Below the pieces are notes generated by a model that was not told the origin of the DNA, did no database searches, and worked only from the letters and a program-made list of their open reading frames with translations. A DNA stretch of 61,622 nt, taken from positions 200,874 through 262,495 of the forward strand of contig NW_014577080.1 of assembly GCF_000485595.1 (NCBI RefSeq), in the 5' to 3' direction. Positions 1-13,708 of the stretch are shown here, piece after piece. A program made the position numbers and the translations under genes. How positions within the stretch are numbered: position 1 is the first letter of the stretch; every line of letters starts with the position of its first letter. Source of the DNA: Priapulus caudatus. Its lineage: Eukaryota.

Positions 1-58
1 ATACATATGTATTTATATATATATATTATTATTCACTCTTGTATATATATATAACATG

Positions 59-125
<67 letters not shown>
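1..125. repeat. AT-rich microsatellites (AAAT)n/(TA)n; first ~90 bp duplicated at ~949-1045
   Basis: Direct reading; 'atacatatgtatttatatatatatattattattcactcttgtatatatatataacatgtaaataaataaa' occurs at 1 and again at ~949. Confidence 0.85.
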
Positions 126-127
<2 letters not shown>

Positions 128-1968
128 GCAAGACGTGGAATAATGATATCGATCCGCTACGCAATGCAGACGTGATGCGTTACGAAAGGGAGAAAGAGCG
201 CGCGCATGCATAAAGAGAGCGTGTAGATGCAACTGAAATATTCGAAAACTGCACGCGACATCGGTGTGCACGCGCTTCAGAAAATACGATGAATACATCG
301 CCCTTATTGTGATTTTTTGACATAGAATCACATTTTCCATTTTCCTATCACATATATTTATGACAAAAGCTCATATTATGTTATACGTTGGAGGACGTCA
401 CATCGAAATAAGCGAAATAAAAATTTTAGCAAATCTTCACGACCGATATCTATAGATATACTGCAAACGCATTCATCTCTATATTATATAACGCTGTGTA
501 TTATAACGCTTTGTGCTGTGTCTCTATTATTATCTCATCTTGCAAATTAAGCGCTTTAATACGGTACTCACGTACGTTATAATACGCATGCGCGTATTTC
601 TCCTTTTAGAATAATATAGCAGGATTAGACGCGCTTGATTGTTATATATATTACATGCCTCCCCTTCACTGCCCCATTAACGCGTTTCTTTACCCGTGAC
701 CAACTGCACCGTCTCTGAGCGGGTTGTAAATATATAATAATGTATATCATATCAATATGTAATAACCCATGTAGACAAATGAAATAAGTACGCTTTATGT
801 TTCATTACACACGTCATTGCAGTCTGTTTGTCTCGTATAGCGGGCACTCAACCAATTACTCGTGTTTTAACTACACTTGGAGACCCCGACGACGCTCATG
901 CATGCTATTGCATAAACGACAATATATTATTCACGTACATATACGCGTATACATATGTATTTATATATATATATTATTATTCACTCTTGTATATATATAT
1001 AACATGTAAATAAATAAATAAATAAATATATAAATAAATAAATAAATATATGTGTGTGTGTGGGGGGGGGGGTGTAGTGTGTGTGTGTAACAAAACATTG
1101 TATTGGAAAAGAGAAAAGTTGAACGCACACTGAGAATATCAATTCATTGACTGAGTTCTGCCCGATTTTCAAATTACATTTTCACGCGGTGATTACAGCA
1201 CGAGTACATAAATTCATATCGTGATAAAAATAAAATTAAGAAAAAATTAATTAAAATACCCCGCGCATGCGGTGCTTCGTTGATGCGCTTTTTTGCATGC
1301 TAGGAACCTCTTTATAGGAGCCCACAACCTTCCAATGCATGTTGTTTTTCGCGCATTTTTTATATGCAAAGTAATGTATATATAATAGCTGAGTCTTTTC
1401 GATGGCGCTACTACCACTTCTTAAATTCGCTAGCGTTCGCTTCGTAGGGAGTAATAATTTTCCATGCGTACCTCTCGGGTACTACACAGTGACGCTATCG
1501 ATCTAAACAAATGCGCTCCGTCGAGGGCAAATGGAAATTGCCTGAAAACGCACCAACTGTTATTTGTTCGAAATAAATAATTAGCCCGCGAAAGCGGCGG
1601 GGAGAAGGACTAACGGCGCAGTGCGTAGACACGGTAAACAACTAGTACGCAGCGACCATGCATGCGTGCACTCCACCGGGAGGCGCATGTTTATACGCAT
1701 AGCGGCTATAACGAGGAGGGTGAAAAACGAGTAGGAGGAATACAGTAGCAGGGACGCGGACATCGAGGGACGCCGATAAATAGATATTACGCTGATAGGT
1801 GTAAAATCACTCGCGATTTTCTATTGTGAGGATTGTGCGATCATGTGCGACTTCTTTACTGAAACTGCTGAGCCAATCTTTGCATGATAAATAATGAATT
1901 ATTCCTTCATAAATTCTTCCCGCACAAGGCATTCCACTTCCGCGCCCATACGTGCTGCATATACACCG

Positions 1969-2105
<137 letters not shown>

Positions 2106-2656
2106 GGGCATATGAGACGACTAAACAAGTTAGCCGATGGTGATATGTTGCGCTGGTTCGTATTTTAGCGGCGCCAGAAGAGGTGGAAGAGGAAGAGGAG
2201 GCGAGCGACCGTTCCTGCTACCCGATACAGTACATGAATCTTGCCGACACGCGCATCGGTGACAACGCAGTCACGGCAGAGATACAAAGTACCCTGAGTT
2301 CCTACGGCGTTTGCATCAACATCGTAGCTCCGTAAAACACTTACATACACGTAGCAACTACCACCCAACACCAATAGCAACTCCATTTCTAGACGCGAAG
2401 CAACTTTGCATGCAAACTGTCCTCTGTCTACCCAGAAATTCCTTTCTCTGAACACTAAAAGGCTTCAACTCTAAGGCTTTTGAAACTCTTCCGCTAAATC
2501 AGCTGTCGTAAAGTTATCTGACTTTGGGAACCAATCAGGTTGCGTCTATATGCGATGCCCCGATGTAGTACTATGCATATCATGTATAATATACAGAATG
2601 TATATTGTATACCTTGTATCATATATAGCATGTAGCATATATAGTATGTATAATAT

Positions 2657-2738
2657 GTGTCCTCCACCCCGCCGTGTGTCCGCCACCCCGCCGTGTGTCC
2701 TCCACCCCGCCGTGTGTCCTCCACCCCGCCGTGTGTCC
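2657..2738. repeat. 19-bp minisatellite (CCTCCACCCCGCCGTGTGT), ~4 clean units
   Basis: Direct reading. Confidence 0.9.
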
Positions 2739-3252
2739 GGGGACGCGCAATGTAGCGCTTCATCTTCGATGGCTGCTCGTGCTTAACATCAGTATTCAAA
2801 GCTTAATAGGCACCCCCCACCCCCACCCAACCCCCCGCGCCCCACCCAACCATGGGCGGCAAACGACGTATTCGGCAGACAAGCAGTAAGTGGAGCGTGT
2901 GAACTGTTAATACGAATGTAGGCTGATATACAGCCATGTTAATATGCCAGTCATTTTCCACGACAATTTGTCTATACCTTTATTCGGCTTTTCAAAGCTA
3001 TATGCCTCTGAGCACATGCAGACACGCACACATGCTACTTGCGCGCGCACACCTTGCGTGATATATTACTGGTCCCTAAACAGGCGGGCCACTTTCAAGA
3101 ACACACACACCACACACACACACACACCACACACACACACACACACTACACACACACCACACAACACACACACACACTACACATGATATATATAGTAGTA
3201 TATATACTATATATATATATTTATATANNNNNNNNNNNNNNNNNNNNNNNNN

Positions 3253-5000
3253 GCCACCCCGCGCGTGTGTCCTCACCCCGCTCCGTGTCGCGTCGCCACC
3301 CCGCCGTGTGTCCTCCCACCCCGCCGTGTGTCCGCCAGCCCGCCGCTGTGTCCTCCACCCGCCGTGTGCTCCTCCACCCCGCCGTGTGTCCTCCACCCGC
3401 GTGTGTCCGCCACCCGCCGTTGTGTCCTCCCACCCAGCGTGTTCCTCCACCCCGCCGTGTGTCCTCCACCCCGCCGTGTGCGCTCCACCCCGCCGTGTGG
3501 TCCTCCCCCCCGCCGTGTGCTCCTCCAACCGCCGTGGGTCCGCCACCCCCCGCCGTGTGTCCTCCACCCCGCGTGTGTCCTCACCCCGCCGTGTGTCCCG
3601 CCACCCGCCGGGTGTCCTCCAGCCCCGCCGTGTGTCCGCCACCCCGCCGTGTGTCCTCCACCCCGCCGTGTGTCCGCCACCCGCCGTGCTGTCCTCCACC
3701 GCCCGTGGTGTCTCCACCCCCGCCGTGGGTGTCGCCACCCCGCCGCTGTGTCCTCCACCCCGCGTGTGTCCTCCACCCAGCCGTGTGTCCTCCACCCCGC
3801 TCGTGTGTCCTCACCCCGCCGTGTGTCCTCCACCCAGCCGTGTGTCCTCCACCGCGGCCGGGTGTCCTCCACCCCGCGTAGTGTCTCCAACCCCGCGTGT
3901 GTCCGCCACCCGCGTGTGTCCTCCACCCCGCGTGTGTCCTCCACCCCGCCGTGTGTCTCCACCCCGGCCGTGTGTCCGCCACCCGCCGTGTGTCCTCCAC
4001 CCCGCGTCGTGTCCCTCGCACCCCGCCGCTTGTGTCCTCCACCCCGCCCGTCGTGTCCTCCACCCCAGCCGTGTGTCCTCCACCCCGCCGGTGTCCTCCA
4101 CCCCGCCGTGTGTCCTCCACCCCCGCCGTGTGTCCTCCACCCGCCGTGTGTCCTCGCACTCCCGCCGTGTATCCGCGTGTGTCGCCACCCGCGTGCTGTC
4201 CGCCGTGTGTCCTCCACCCCGCCGTGTTGTCCATCCACCCCGCCGTGTGTCCGCCATACGGGGGCGCACCGGAGCGGCGTACCACGCTGCCGCTGTGTCC
4301 TCCACCCCGCCGTGTGTCCTCCACCCCGCCGTGTGTCCCTCCACCCCGCCGTGGTGTCCGCCCACCCCGCCGTGTGTCCTCACCCGCCGTGTGTCTCCAC
4401 CCCGCCGCTGTGTCCTCCACCCGCCGTTGGTGTCCTCCACCCCGCCGGTGTGGTCCTCCTCACCCCGCCGCTGTGTCCTCCCACCCCCGCGTTGTGTCCG
4501 CCCGTGTGTCCGCCCACCCGGCCGTGTGGTCCTCCACGCCCGCCGATGTGATCCTTGCCACCCGCCGTGTGTCCTCCACCCGCGTGTTTGTCCTCCACCC
4601 CGCGTGTGTCCTCCACCCGCCGTGTGTCCTCCACCCCGCCGTGTGTCTCCACCCGCCGTGTGTCCTCCACCCCGCCGTGCTGTCGCCACCCCGCCGTGTG
4701 TCCTCCACCCCGCCGGTGTGTCCTTCCACCCGCCGTGTGTCCTCCACCCCGCCGTGTGTTACCTCCACCCCGCGTGTGTCCTCCACAGCCGTGGTTGTCC
4801 TCCACCCCGCCGTGTGTCTCCACCCCCGCCGTGTGTCTCCACCCCGCCGTGTGTCCTCCACCCCGCCGTGTGTCCCGCCGTGTGTCCTCCACGCGTGTGG
4901 TCCCGCCACCCCGCGTGTGTCCTCCACCCCGCCGTGTGTCCTTCCACCCCGCCGTGTGTCCTCCACCCCGCCGTGTGTCCTACCACCCCACCGTGTGTCC
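3253..5000. repeat. Large degenerate array of the 19-bp GC-rich minisatellite CCTCCACCCCGCCGTGTGT
   Basis: About 1.75 kb of the unit with scattered 1-bp indels, directly after a 25-N gap (3228-3252); explains the long P/V/C/H/R-rich ORFs here. Confidence 0.95.
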
Positions 5001-5924
5001 TTATATGGACTCAAGAGGCCCAAAGACTTCAGAATGAAGTCAATACGTCACGGGAGGTAAAAATTCGTGTTCGTAAATTAATTTCATAGAATGAAATACG
5101 AGCAGAGAGAACTTGCTACACAGCCGCAGTGAAATGCTTCATATTGCTGCTTATATGTATTGAATAGTACATAAAATCAATAGTGATCCTTCTCCTCTAT
5201 TAGCATAGCTGCTATTCTAGCCATGTTTTGCATAACTCGCGTGGGTAACGTGTAGATAAATGAGTTGCACCCGAAAAGGCGATTAATTGCAACCATTTGT
5301 TCACATCAGTATATATGTTACTTTACATAATTTTTTTTAATAGACTTGTAGACAAATTGACTGTCTTATTATCAATTGAAATTAGTTAAAAACAGATTTT
5401 TGATGCTAGTAAGACCACGACAAATGAGTGCATGGAAGCTGTCTGAATTTTCCTAATAAATTGCGCTATTATTTATTGCGGGTTTGTGATTGGAGAGCAA
5501 CGTAATAGTTTTACATGCCATTACTCCTTTTTATTGCCAAACACGTTTCGCTGGTACAACAATACCTATTCCAGTTTAGACGTTGTAAAAGTGATAAAAT
5601 GAGTGTACGGATGCCGGAAATCGAGTGAAGCGAACGAGTGCGCGAACCAGTGTAAGAACAAAATAATTTGGTAAAAAATCATCAAATAAAAAATTAACAT
5701 TAAGTAACCCAGCGAACGGCGAATGAACAGCGGGATGAACGAATGGACAGACGGACGGACGAATGGACAGACGGGCGGACGAATATATATATATATATAT
5801 AGGCCTATATATATAGAGGACCCTGAGATGGCTGATGTACTTGTTCCATATTTATGTCGCGAATAAAACGAATATTCTCGATTGTCAGGTAAATGCTGGC
5901 AATAAACACAGGAACGCTGTATGG

Positions 5925-5977
5925 CCGGGGCATTAGCGGGGCATTAACGGGGCATTAGCGGGGCATTAGCGGGGCAT
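5925..5977. repeat. 11-bp tandem repeat (CGGGGCATTAG)n
   Basis: About 5 copies seen directly. Confidence 0.85.
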
Positions 5978-7001
5978 CATGCCGCTGGTGAAATTGCCAA
6001 GGGAACGAAACAGCATTGAATACAGATCCAGGTTTTAAGCGAGGATTCGGAATCAATACGCATTTAAAAAATACGGACTGTAGGGAAAGCACAAGAGGGA
6101 ACGAGGAAAAGATAGTTGCAGAGAGGGCGAGCGAGTGAGAGTAAGGGGTGTAGCGATGGAGCGAGCGCATGCAACACACAATTATCTGAATGTAAACGTG
6201 ATTGCATTTATTCCATCTACATGATAGGTTGGACTTGTTCTTGTGTCCATCGATCACGTTTTAATTTTACGTGCGATTGCACCTGCACTACCAAATATCG
6301 GTGTAGTCTATCGTGACTGTTGTTAGAGCCCGCAGCTGTTTCAACGAGCTATCGTCATCATGATACAAAATAAACTGGCGTCCTTATATTCAATGGAATA
6401 TGATGACGCTTGCTTGCATAATTATATACTGTGCAGACGCGTGTGCGTACGCGTGTGCGTGCGCATGCACGCGCGCGTCTGTGTAAACGTAATGCGTTAT
6501 AACTTTATAAAGATGCGTATCATAAAGGAACATTATCTATATTCTCGAGAGGAAAAAATAATGTGAGAGCGTGTGACAAAAGGAAAGCTGAATAGATGAT
6601 GGAGCGACGCAACGCGAGTGTACCGAAAATAGACAGTAAAACTGTCGGAAAGAGGGTGGTAAAGCAGCTCTCCTAGTAAAAACATCATCCGACTAAGAAA
6701 AACATTGACCATGTAACCATTGTAAAAAAAACTCGACTAGAATGAAAGGACCCATTTTAAAACTATCGGGCACTCGGAAACCTGCAAGAAAATTTTCAGA
6801 AACGTAATTCAGATGTTATAGACAGGATGACGTAGAGTGCCATCTGACGGGCCGGACATGGACTGTGACCGCGGCATGGAAACGAATAACGCCACCTGGC
6901 GAGTCTTTCAATGTAGTTCCATGACGAAAGCAATCTGCTCGTATATTTCGTTTTCCATCCCACATCCCACCTGACACACATATTCTGATTTGCTCCATTT
7001 A

Positions 7002-7284
7002 AGACGGCAATGTAGGCTTCATTCTTCGATGGCTGCTCGTGCTAACATCAGTGATTCAAAGCTAATAGGACCTGGCGGAAACCAGACGTATTCAGGCAGA
7101 CAAGCAGTAAGTGGAGGGTGTGAACTGTTAATACGAATGTAGGTGATATACAGCATGTTAATATGCAGTCATATTTGCACGAATTTGTCTATACTTTATT
7201 CGCTTCAAGCTATATGCTCTGAGACATGCAGACACGCACACATGCGCGCGCGCACACCCTTGCGTGCACATTGGCCTAAGAAAA

Positions 7285-7329
<45 letters not shown>

Positions 7330-8200
7330 ACACACCCACACACACACACACACACACCACCACATATATTATATATAATATATATATATATATTATATAA
7401 TATATATATGGACTCAAGAGGCCAAAAGATTCAGAATGTAGTCAATACGTCACGGGAGAGTAAAATTCGTGTTCGTAAATTTAATTTCATAGAATGAAAT
7501 ACGAGCAGAGAGAACTTGTACACAGCGCAGTGAAATGCTTCATATTTGCTGCTTATATGTATTGAATAGTACATAAAATCAATGTGATCCTTCTCCTCTA
7601 TTAGCATAGCTGCTTTTTAGCCTGTTTTTGCATAACTCGCGTGGGTAACCGTGTAGATAAATGAGTTGCCACCGAAAGGCGAGTAATTGGCAACCCATTT
7701 GTTCAACATCAGTACTATGTTACTTTACATATTTTTTTTTATAGAACTTGCTAGACAAATTGCACTGTCTTATTATCATTGAAATTAGGTTAAAAAACAG
7801 ATTTTTGATGCTGGTAGACCACGACAAATGTAGTGGCATGGTAAGCTGTCTGAATTTTTCCTAATTAAATTGCGCTATTATTTATTGCGGCGTTTGTGAT
7901 TGAAGAGGCAACGTAATAGTTTTTACATGCCATTACTCCTTTTATTGCAAACGCACGTTCGCTGGTACAACAATTACTATTCCAGCTTTTAGACGTGTTA
8001 AAAGTGATAAAATGAGTGCACGGATGCCGGAATCGAGGTGAAGCGAACGATGAGTGCGCGAACCAGTAGTAAGAATCAAAATAATTGGCTAAAAAATCAT
8101 CAAATAAAAAATTAACATTTAAGTAACCCAGCGAACGGCGAAATGAACAAGCGGGATGAACTTCGAATGGACAGACGACGGACGAATGGACAGACGTGCG
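7002..8200 (+). repeat. Second copy of a ~1.2-kb segment also present (split) at ~2740-3227 and ~5003-5780
   Basis: Shared strings such as 'cttcgatggctgctcgtgct', 'tatatggactcaagaggcc', 'aatgaaatacgagcagagagaacttg' and 'aaaaatcatcaaataaaaa'; the copies differ mainly by small indels. Confidence 0.85.
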
Positions 8201-9120
8201 TCACGACATGGACAGACGGGCGGGAGGACGAATTGGAGATGAGCGGACGAATGAACAGCGCGGAGGGACGAAATGGACCAATTACGGGGGCTGGTTGCGA
8301 GATGAATAGATCAGACGGGGCGGACGAGATGGGACAGCACGGCACGACCGGACGAGATGCGACAGACGGGCGGTCCGAAGTGACAGGACGGGCGGGTGGG
8401 CGCATGGACATGACGGTAGACGAATGACAGGACGGCGCGGACGAATGGACCAGCACGGGCGGGAATACGACATAAACAGACGAAGCGGACGAATGGTCGA
8501 AACGCACGACATGGACAGACGGGGCGGACGACGACATGGACAGGAACGGTGCGGACGAACTGGACAGAACGCGCGGCCGAATGGACAGACGGGTAGCGGA
8601 GAGATGGACAGCGGGTAGCGAATGGACGGACGGCGCGACGAGATGGACAGACGGTGGGGACGAATGACAGACGGACGGACGAATGGACGAAGGGGTAGAC
8701 GATCATGGACAGAACGGGCGGGGACACGGACATGGACAGATGAGCGGACGACTGATGAACAGGACGAACGGACGAATGCGACAGACGGCCGTGAACGAAT
8801 GGACAGGACGGCGGAGCGACATGACAGACGGTCGGACGAATTGGACAGACGGGGGGACGACATGGACGACGGACGGACGAAGGCAGACGTGCGGCGAGTA
8901 TGGACGACGGGCGGACGAATGGACAGATGGGGGCACGAATGGACAGACGGGCGGACGAATGGGGGCGAATGGACAGACGGGCGGATGAATAGACAGACGG
9001 GCGGACGAATGGACAGACGGGGGACGAATGGACAGACGGACGGACGAATGGACAGACGGGCGGACGAATGGACAGACGGGCGGACGAATGGACAGACGGG
9101 CGGACGAATGGACAGACGAT
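8140..9120. repeat. 20-bp minisatellite (GGACAGACGGGCGGACGAAT)n, degenerate at the left and cleaner at the right
   Basis: Direct reading; clean units at ~9030-9118. Confidence 0.9.
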
Positions 9121-9344
9121 AGAGCGTCGAACACGATCGAAAAGATGTCCGAGGTTAGCAGGATGGCTAGTAGCCCTCAAAATAAAGCATAGGATTAATC
9201 ATGGACAAAGTGGAGTTCAATGCCTGAAGTATGACAGCTTCAAAGTGAATGTAAAACACGGTTACCGCCGTATGGAACATGTAAGCTTCTAATTACACAT
9301 CTTTCGTATTATCGTTCAATGGTCTTGTTCATATTCATAGTGAG

Positions 9345-9470
9345 TTACATTGTCATTTACATTATCATTATTATTGTCATTGTCATTATTGTTGCAATTG
9401 GCATTGTCATTATCATTGCAATTGTCACTGTCATTGTCATTGTCATTGTCATTGTCATTGACATTGTCCA
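9345..9470. repeat. (ATTGTC)n microsatellite
   Basis: Direct reading. Confidence 0.85.
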
Positions 9471-9633
9471 GTTCATTGCTAACTCAAGTTCATTCATGGT
9501 CATTTTCTACATTTAAAAGTTTACATTGAACTCATTGTTTACGTAAGGGGTAAATGTGAACTATTTGCACATTGTGTTACTATCATAGTTCACAATAGTG
9601 CACAGTATGTGGTAATCAGTACCCACATAGTAT

Positions 9634-9675
9634 CAGGAGTAAGATAATATAGGATCCTATATTATCTTACTCCTG
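9634..9675. mobile_element. Palindromic TIR-only micro-element CAGGAGT...ACTCCTG with 7-bp TSD
   Basis: Perfect palindrome; flanks atagtat|...|atagtat. Confidence 0.6.
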
Positions 9676-10330
9676 ATAGTATATGCATACATAGAAGAGT
9701 ACGTGCCAGTGTGAAATAGAGTGTATTCTCATCGATTTTATACCCGAATGCATGCACAAGACGAAACGTTAGCCGAGTGTCACGATATAATTGTCACTGA
9801 AGGAATATGTGGACGAAGGACGTGTACGAAAAAGGTTGAGCATAAACCAACCTGACAGTAAGCAGGGGCGCGATTTCGGAGTAGTGTCGCTTTTCCTGCC
9901 GCCGGCAATGACATTTTTATGGTTGATTTGCACTCGTCTAAAGCGGCAGAGAATCTGAGCCGCCCAGGGGAAACCCATAGACGTACGTAAGAGGACTTTC
10001 GGGAAGTCAATAAAATTCATGTAACATTAAACGCACATAAAAGGACACTAGAACGGTGGATTTTTGCTGTGAAACAGTGCTAATAAAAGTTTGGGTTTTA
10101 GGGCGATCTGAAACGTTTTGACTTGATTCATGCGCCACGTCTAGACTCTTCATATTAGTTTTTGAACGCGTGTAATGAAAGAGATGTGTGAGAAATACTT
10201 CATGTCTGTGTAGTGTGGTAATGCTATTTTGGAAGGGTAATTGAGCTCAATGTACAGGTACAATGTACAGCCAATTAAGACGTGTCACTGCCGCAAAAAA
10301 ATTACGCGAACGACATAGAGAAGAAAGTCA

Positions 10331-10332
<2 letters not shown>

Positions 10333-10408
<76 letters not shown>

Positions 10409-10425
10409 TGTATGTGTGTGTGTGT
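10333..10425. repeat. (GT)n microsatellite
   Basis: Direct reading. Confidence 0.95.
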
Positions 10426-12016
10426 ACATAATATAGCTGTGTATTTGTCATTCGTGTAATTTCTTAGCCTCGGTGAAACGTCGTAATATATAATATATTG
10501 TGTCTAATATATATACATATATATATGACATAAAATAGTCTAACCGTTCAATATATAGCAACGTTTGGCTACGATCTTACAATGTCATTTCTATTCACTA
10601 TTCGGACCCACGCGATGTGTGAAGCGCTAGTATAATGATATTATGGATCGTGCTATTCCAATGTTACCGGCACCAAGAAGTTGGATGGGATATGGGCGTA
10701 GTGGATACATCGCGCTACTAGCGCTAAAGGAGACTAAAAAGAAACTAGCGCTAAAGGAGACTGGATTCAAGAATTACATGGAAATACTAACCGGTACACA
10801 CGCTTCGCCTCGCGGAAATGGATCGATAATCTGTGAATATTTCGGGAAGGTCCGCGTAAAAAAGTCTAGGCGTGCTCCCGCCTTAATTCAACTATCCGAC
10901 CTGCTGTGTGTGCGTGCGTATGTGCGTGCATTCGTGGGAGCCTTCATACATGAGTTCGGGTTAGGGTTGCGTGCGTGCATGCGTGTGCGTGTGCGCTCGC
11001 TCTTTGCGTGCATGAGTGCGTGGGAGCGTGTGTTCGTTCGTGCATGCGAGTGTGCGCATGCGTGTGCATGCGTGCGTGCTTGCAGTGAGGACGGTGTAAC
11101 GAAGTACCAACGCAGTATACGGTTCCACGTAGTTACGGGTGCGCTTGACTAAGGAAGCTATTTATAAACCCCGAGAAATCAATATGGCGGCCGCACCGGA
11201 TAGGACAATGCTTAAATGTGTTGATAGCGTCATGAATCGATTTCTACAATTTATAAATATGTTCATGATAACATATGCATTGAGATGAACGCAAATATCG
11301 AGCAAAGCACATTAAATTTGTCAATGACTTGTAAAATTTTTAGTGATTTATAAATTTGTTACGACTTGGACGTTGGCGTATATAATATGGCGTTTCCTAT
11401 GCCCTGCATGAGTGTATCTTCCACTACCACAATGTAACCGCTGTCCTACAAAAGCCCATTCTCTGTAATAGCTATAGTCTTCTATATTTCTAAATGCGCC
11501 GCTAAATGTTCACGTAGCACTGTTACTTCTGAACCATTCTTCTGTTGCGCCCAAAGACAGAAAATGCTGTATCATCGACAAGTTGAGTTACGTTCCAATT
11601 TTCAAAAGTCATTTCCCAATCATTATTTCGCTAGCTCGTTTTTGTAACGCGATATGTGTACTATATAGGGTCTGTTCGCACTTTTATTACAAGTAAATTA
11701 CAGGGCAAGAAAATCAAGTAACAGTACGGAATTCGGACATCATGCGGATATACAGAAGCTCTAGTTGAGATTTCCAGTTCGTTTCGGTGATAGTTCTACA
11801 GCACCTACAAGCCACCATGAATGTTGTATGTGCCAAATCAAAAGCATTCTTTTATAATTTATATCTTTTTACGCCAAGCGTTCCTTTATTATCGATTGCA
11901 CTGTGAATAATACATGCGTTCGCTCCGCTGTGCTATGCCCGTCCTCCCTTCATTTTCTTCCCAACATCATTCGCAGCCCATGTCTGTCTATTGTTGTCTT
12001 ATAATTAGTAACGTGC

Positions 12017-12158
12017 TCTATCTCTCTCTTGCTCTCTCGCTCTCTGCTCTTTGCCTCCTCGCTCTCTCGCGCGCTCTCTCTTTCTCGTCTTTACACGCTT
12101 GCTCTCTCGTTTTATCACACACGCGCGTACGCAAACGCGCGCGCGCAGACACACACAC

Positions 12159-12234
<76 letters not shown>

Positions 12235-12403
12235 ACCACACACACACACACACGACANNNNNNNNNNAAGAGAGAGAGAGAGAGAGAGAGAGCGCGCGAA
12301 AGAGAGAGAGAGAGAGAGAGAGGCAGAGAGAGACATAGAGATTAACACCGGCGCGCGAACGCACACCCTCGCACGCGCGTATATACACGCACGCATCCAT
12401 TCC

Positions 12404-12435
<32 letters not shown>

Positions 12436-12452
12436 GTTTGTCTCTCTCTCTT
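12017..12452. repeat. Compound (CT)n/(CA)n/(GA)n microsatellite cluster with a 10-N gap (12258-12267)
   Basis: Direct reading. Confidence 0.9.
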
Positions 12453-13152
12453 TCTCGTACGTGAAAATGATAATAAAAAATGCCCAAACGAGACAAACGT
12501 GGTTAATATACGCGCTACGTGAGGGCGTTGTGTGATTATATCAATCAGTAGAACTTCGTTGTAGCCCACAGTAGCTATTAGCGCGTATGACTAGCAACAA
12601 CATAATTCACCGGCCCCGTTCATAAATTTTAAGCTGACAGAAATTTGTGTTCTCAATCAATACTGATATGATAATCGCGTTATCTATAGCCTGTTTATAG
12701 CGCGACAAGAACCCCTGCTGCGATACACAGCTAACGACACGCTTATACTGTATACTCATTAACTTATTAAAGGAAGAGCAGCAGGCAGCAGATGTATATG
12801 ATGTAATATCGATCACAAGACACGAAATAGTACATAATCTAAGAATCTTTATTCTGACCGCGTGAACCTATGATAATGACACATATACACGCGCGTTTCT
12901 TACTGCTTATGTGAACGGACTGATTATCTGATGGAAAGCCCTGTCGTGAAAACGGTAAAATTCTGCATAACGCATACGAGAATGTGTAATCGGTCATTAT
13001 ACCATCATAAACCTTCCTAATTGACATGTTTCATGATCGTGAGCTCACGAGTAGGCAAACACGGTGATCATTCATTTACTAACATCAATCCATCATCGTC
13101 TGCCTGCACGAGCATCGGGAGTTTTAGGTAACAGTACACCTGAAGCTATATA

Positions 13153-13192
<40 letters not shown>

Positions 13193-13607
13193 CGGTATAT
13201 ATATATATATCGTGGGTATAACAATAGCGGTTTTCATTTAATGCAACAAACGCTACTGCTTTGATGTTTGCAACACTCATATAAATAAGAGTGTCTTGTT
13301 ACGGGCTCGTATGAACAGTCGCGGCCGTAGCATAGATCAATAGCTCAGAATCATGATAGATAACATCATCTATACTATATATTAATCGTTAATTGTACTA
13401 CAAAATTTGTATACTTACAAAAGAACTTAGCATCTGACGTCTAAACGAATCTCCGTCACTCGGCTGCATCACCCGGGCACCACGTATTTAAAACCAAAGT
13501 GCGAACACTCACTCACATCGAGACCGTATAAGAAGTTTATTTGAGATGAGCGATCGGCTATCTGCTGCGCGTAGACGACAAGCTGGTCTGAGCCGGCAGT
13601 CGACTTC

Positions 13608-13708
13608 TGCCGCTGCCGTCGCTGCTGCTGCTACTATTACTACTGATGCTGCTGCCGTCGCTGCTGCTGCTACTATTACTACTGATGCTGCTACTGCTGC
13701 TGCTGCTG
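13608..13708. repeat. (GCT)n/(ACT)n-based 36-bp tandem duplication
   Basis: 'gctgccgtcgctgctgctgctactattactactgat' occurs twice in tandem. Confidence 0.8.

Noticed and set aside
3253..5000. CRISPR-like regular repeat array
   Set aside because: Head-to-tail tandem units without unique spacers, no cas genes, eukaryotic context
3039..5089. Long ORFs up to 593 aa on both strands
   Set aside because: Translations of the stop-free 19-bp minisatellite; open in many frames with no protein-like complexity
8112..9292. ORFs of 74-289 aa
   Set aside because: Derived from the 20-bp GGAC-rich minisatellite
10643..11152. 169-aa ORF
   Set aside because: Half is (GTGC)n-like low-complexity sequence; no motif or splice support
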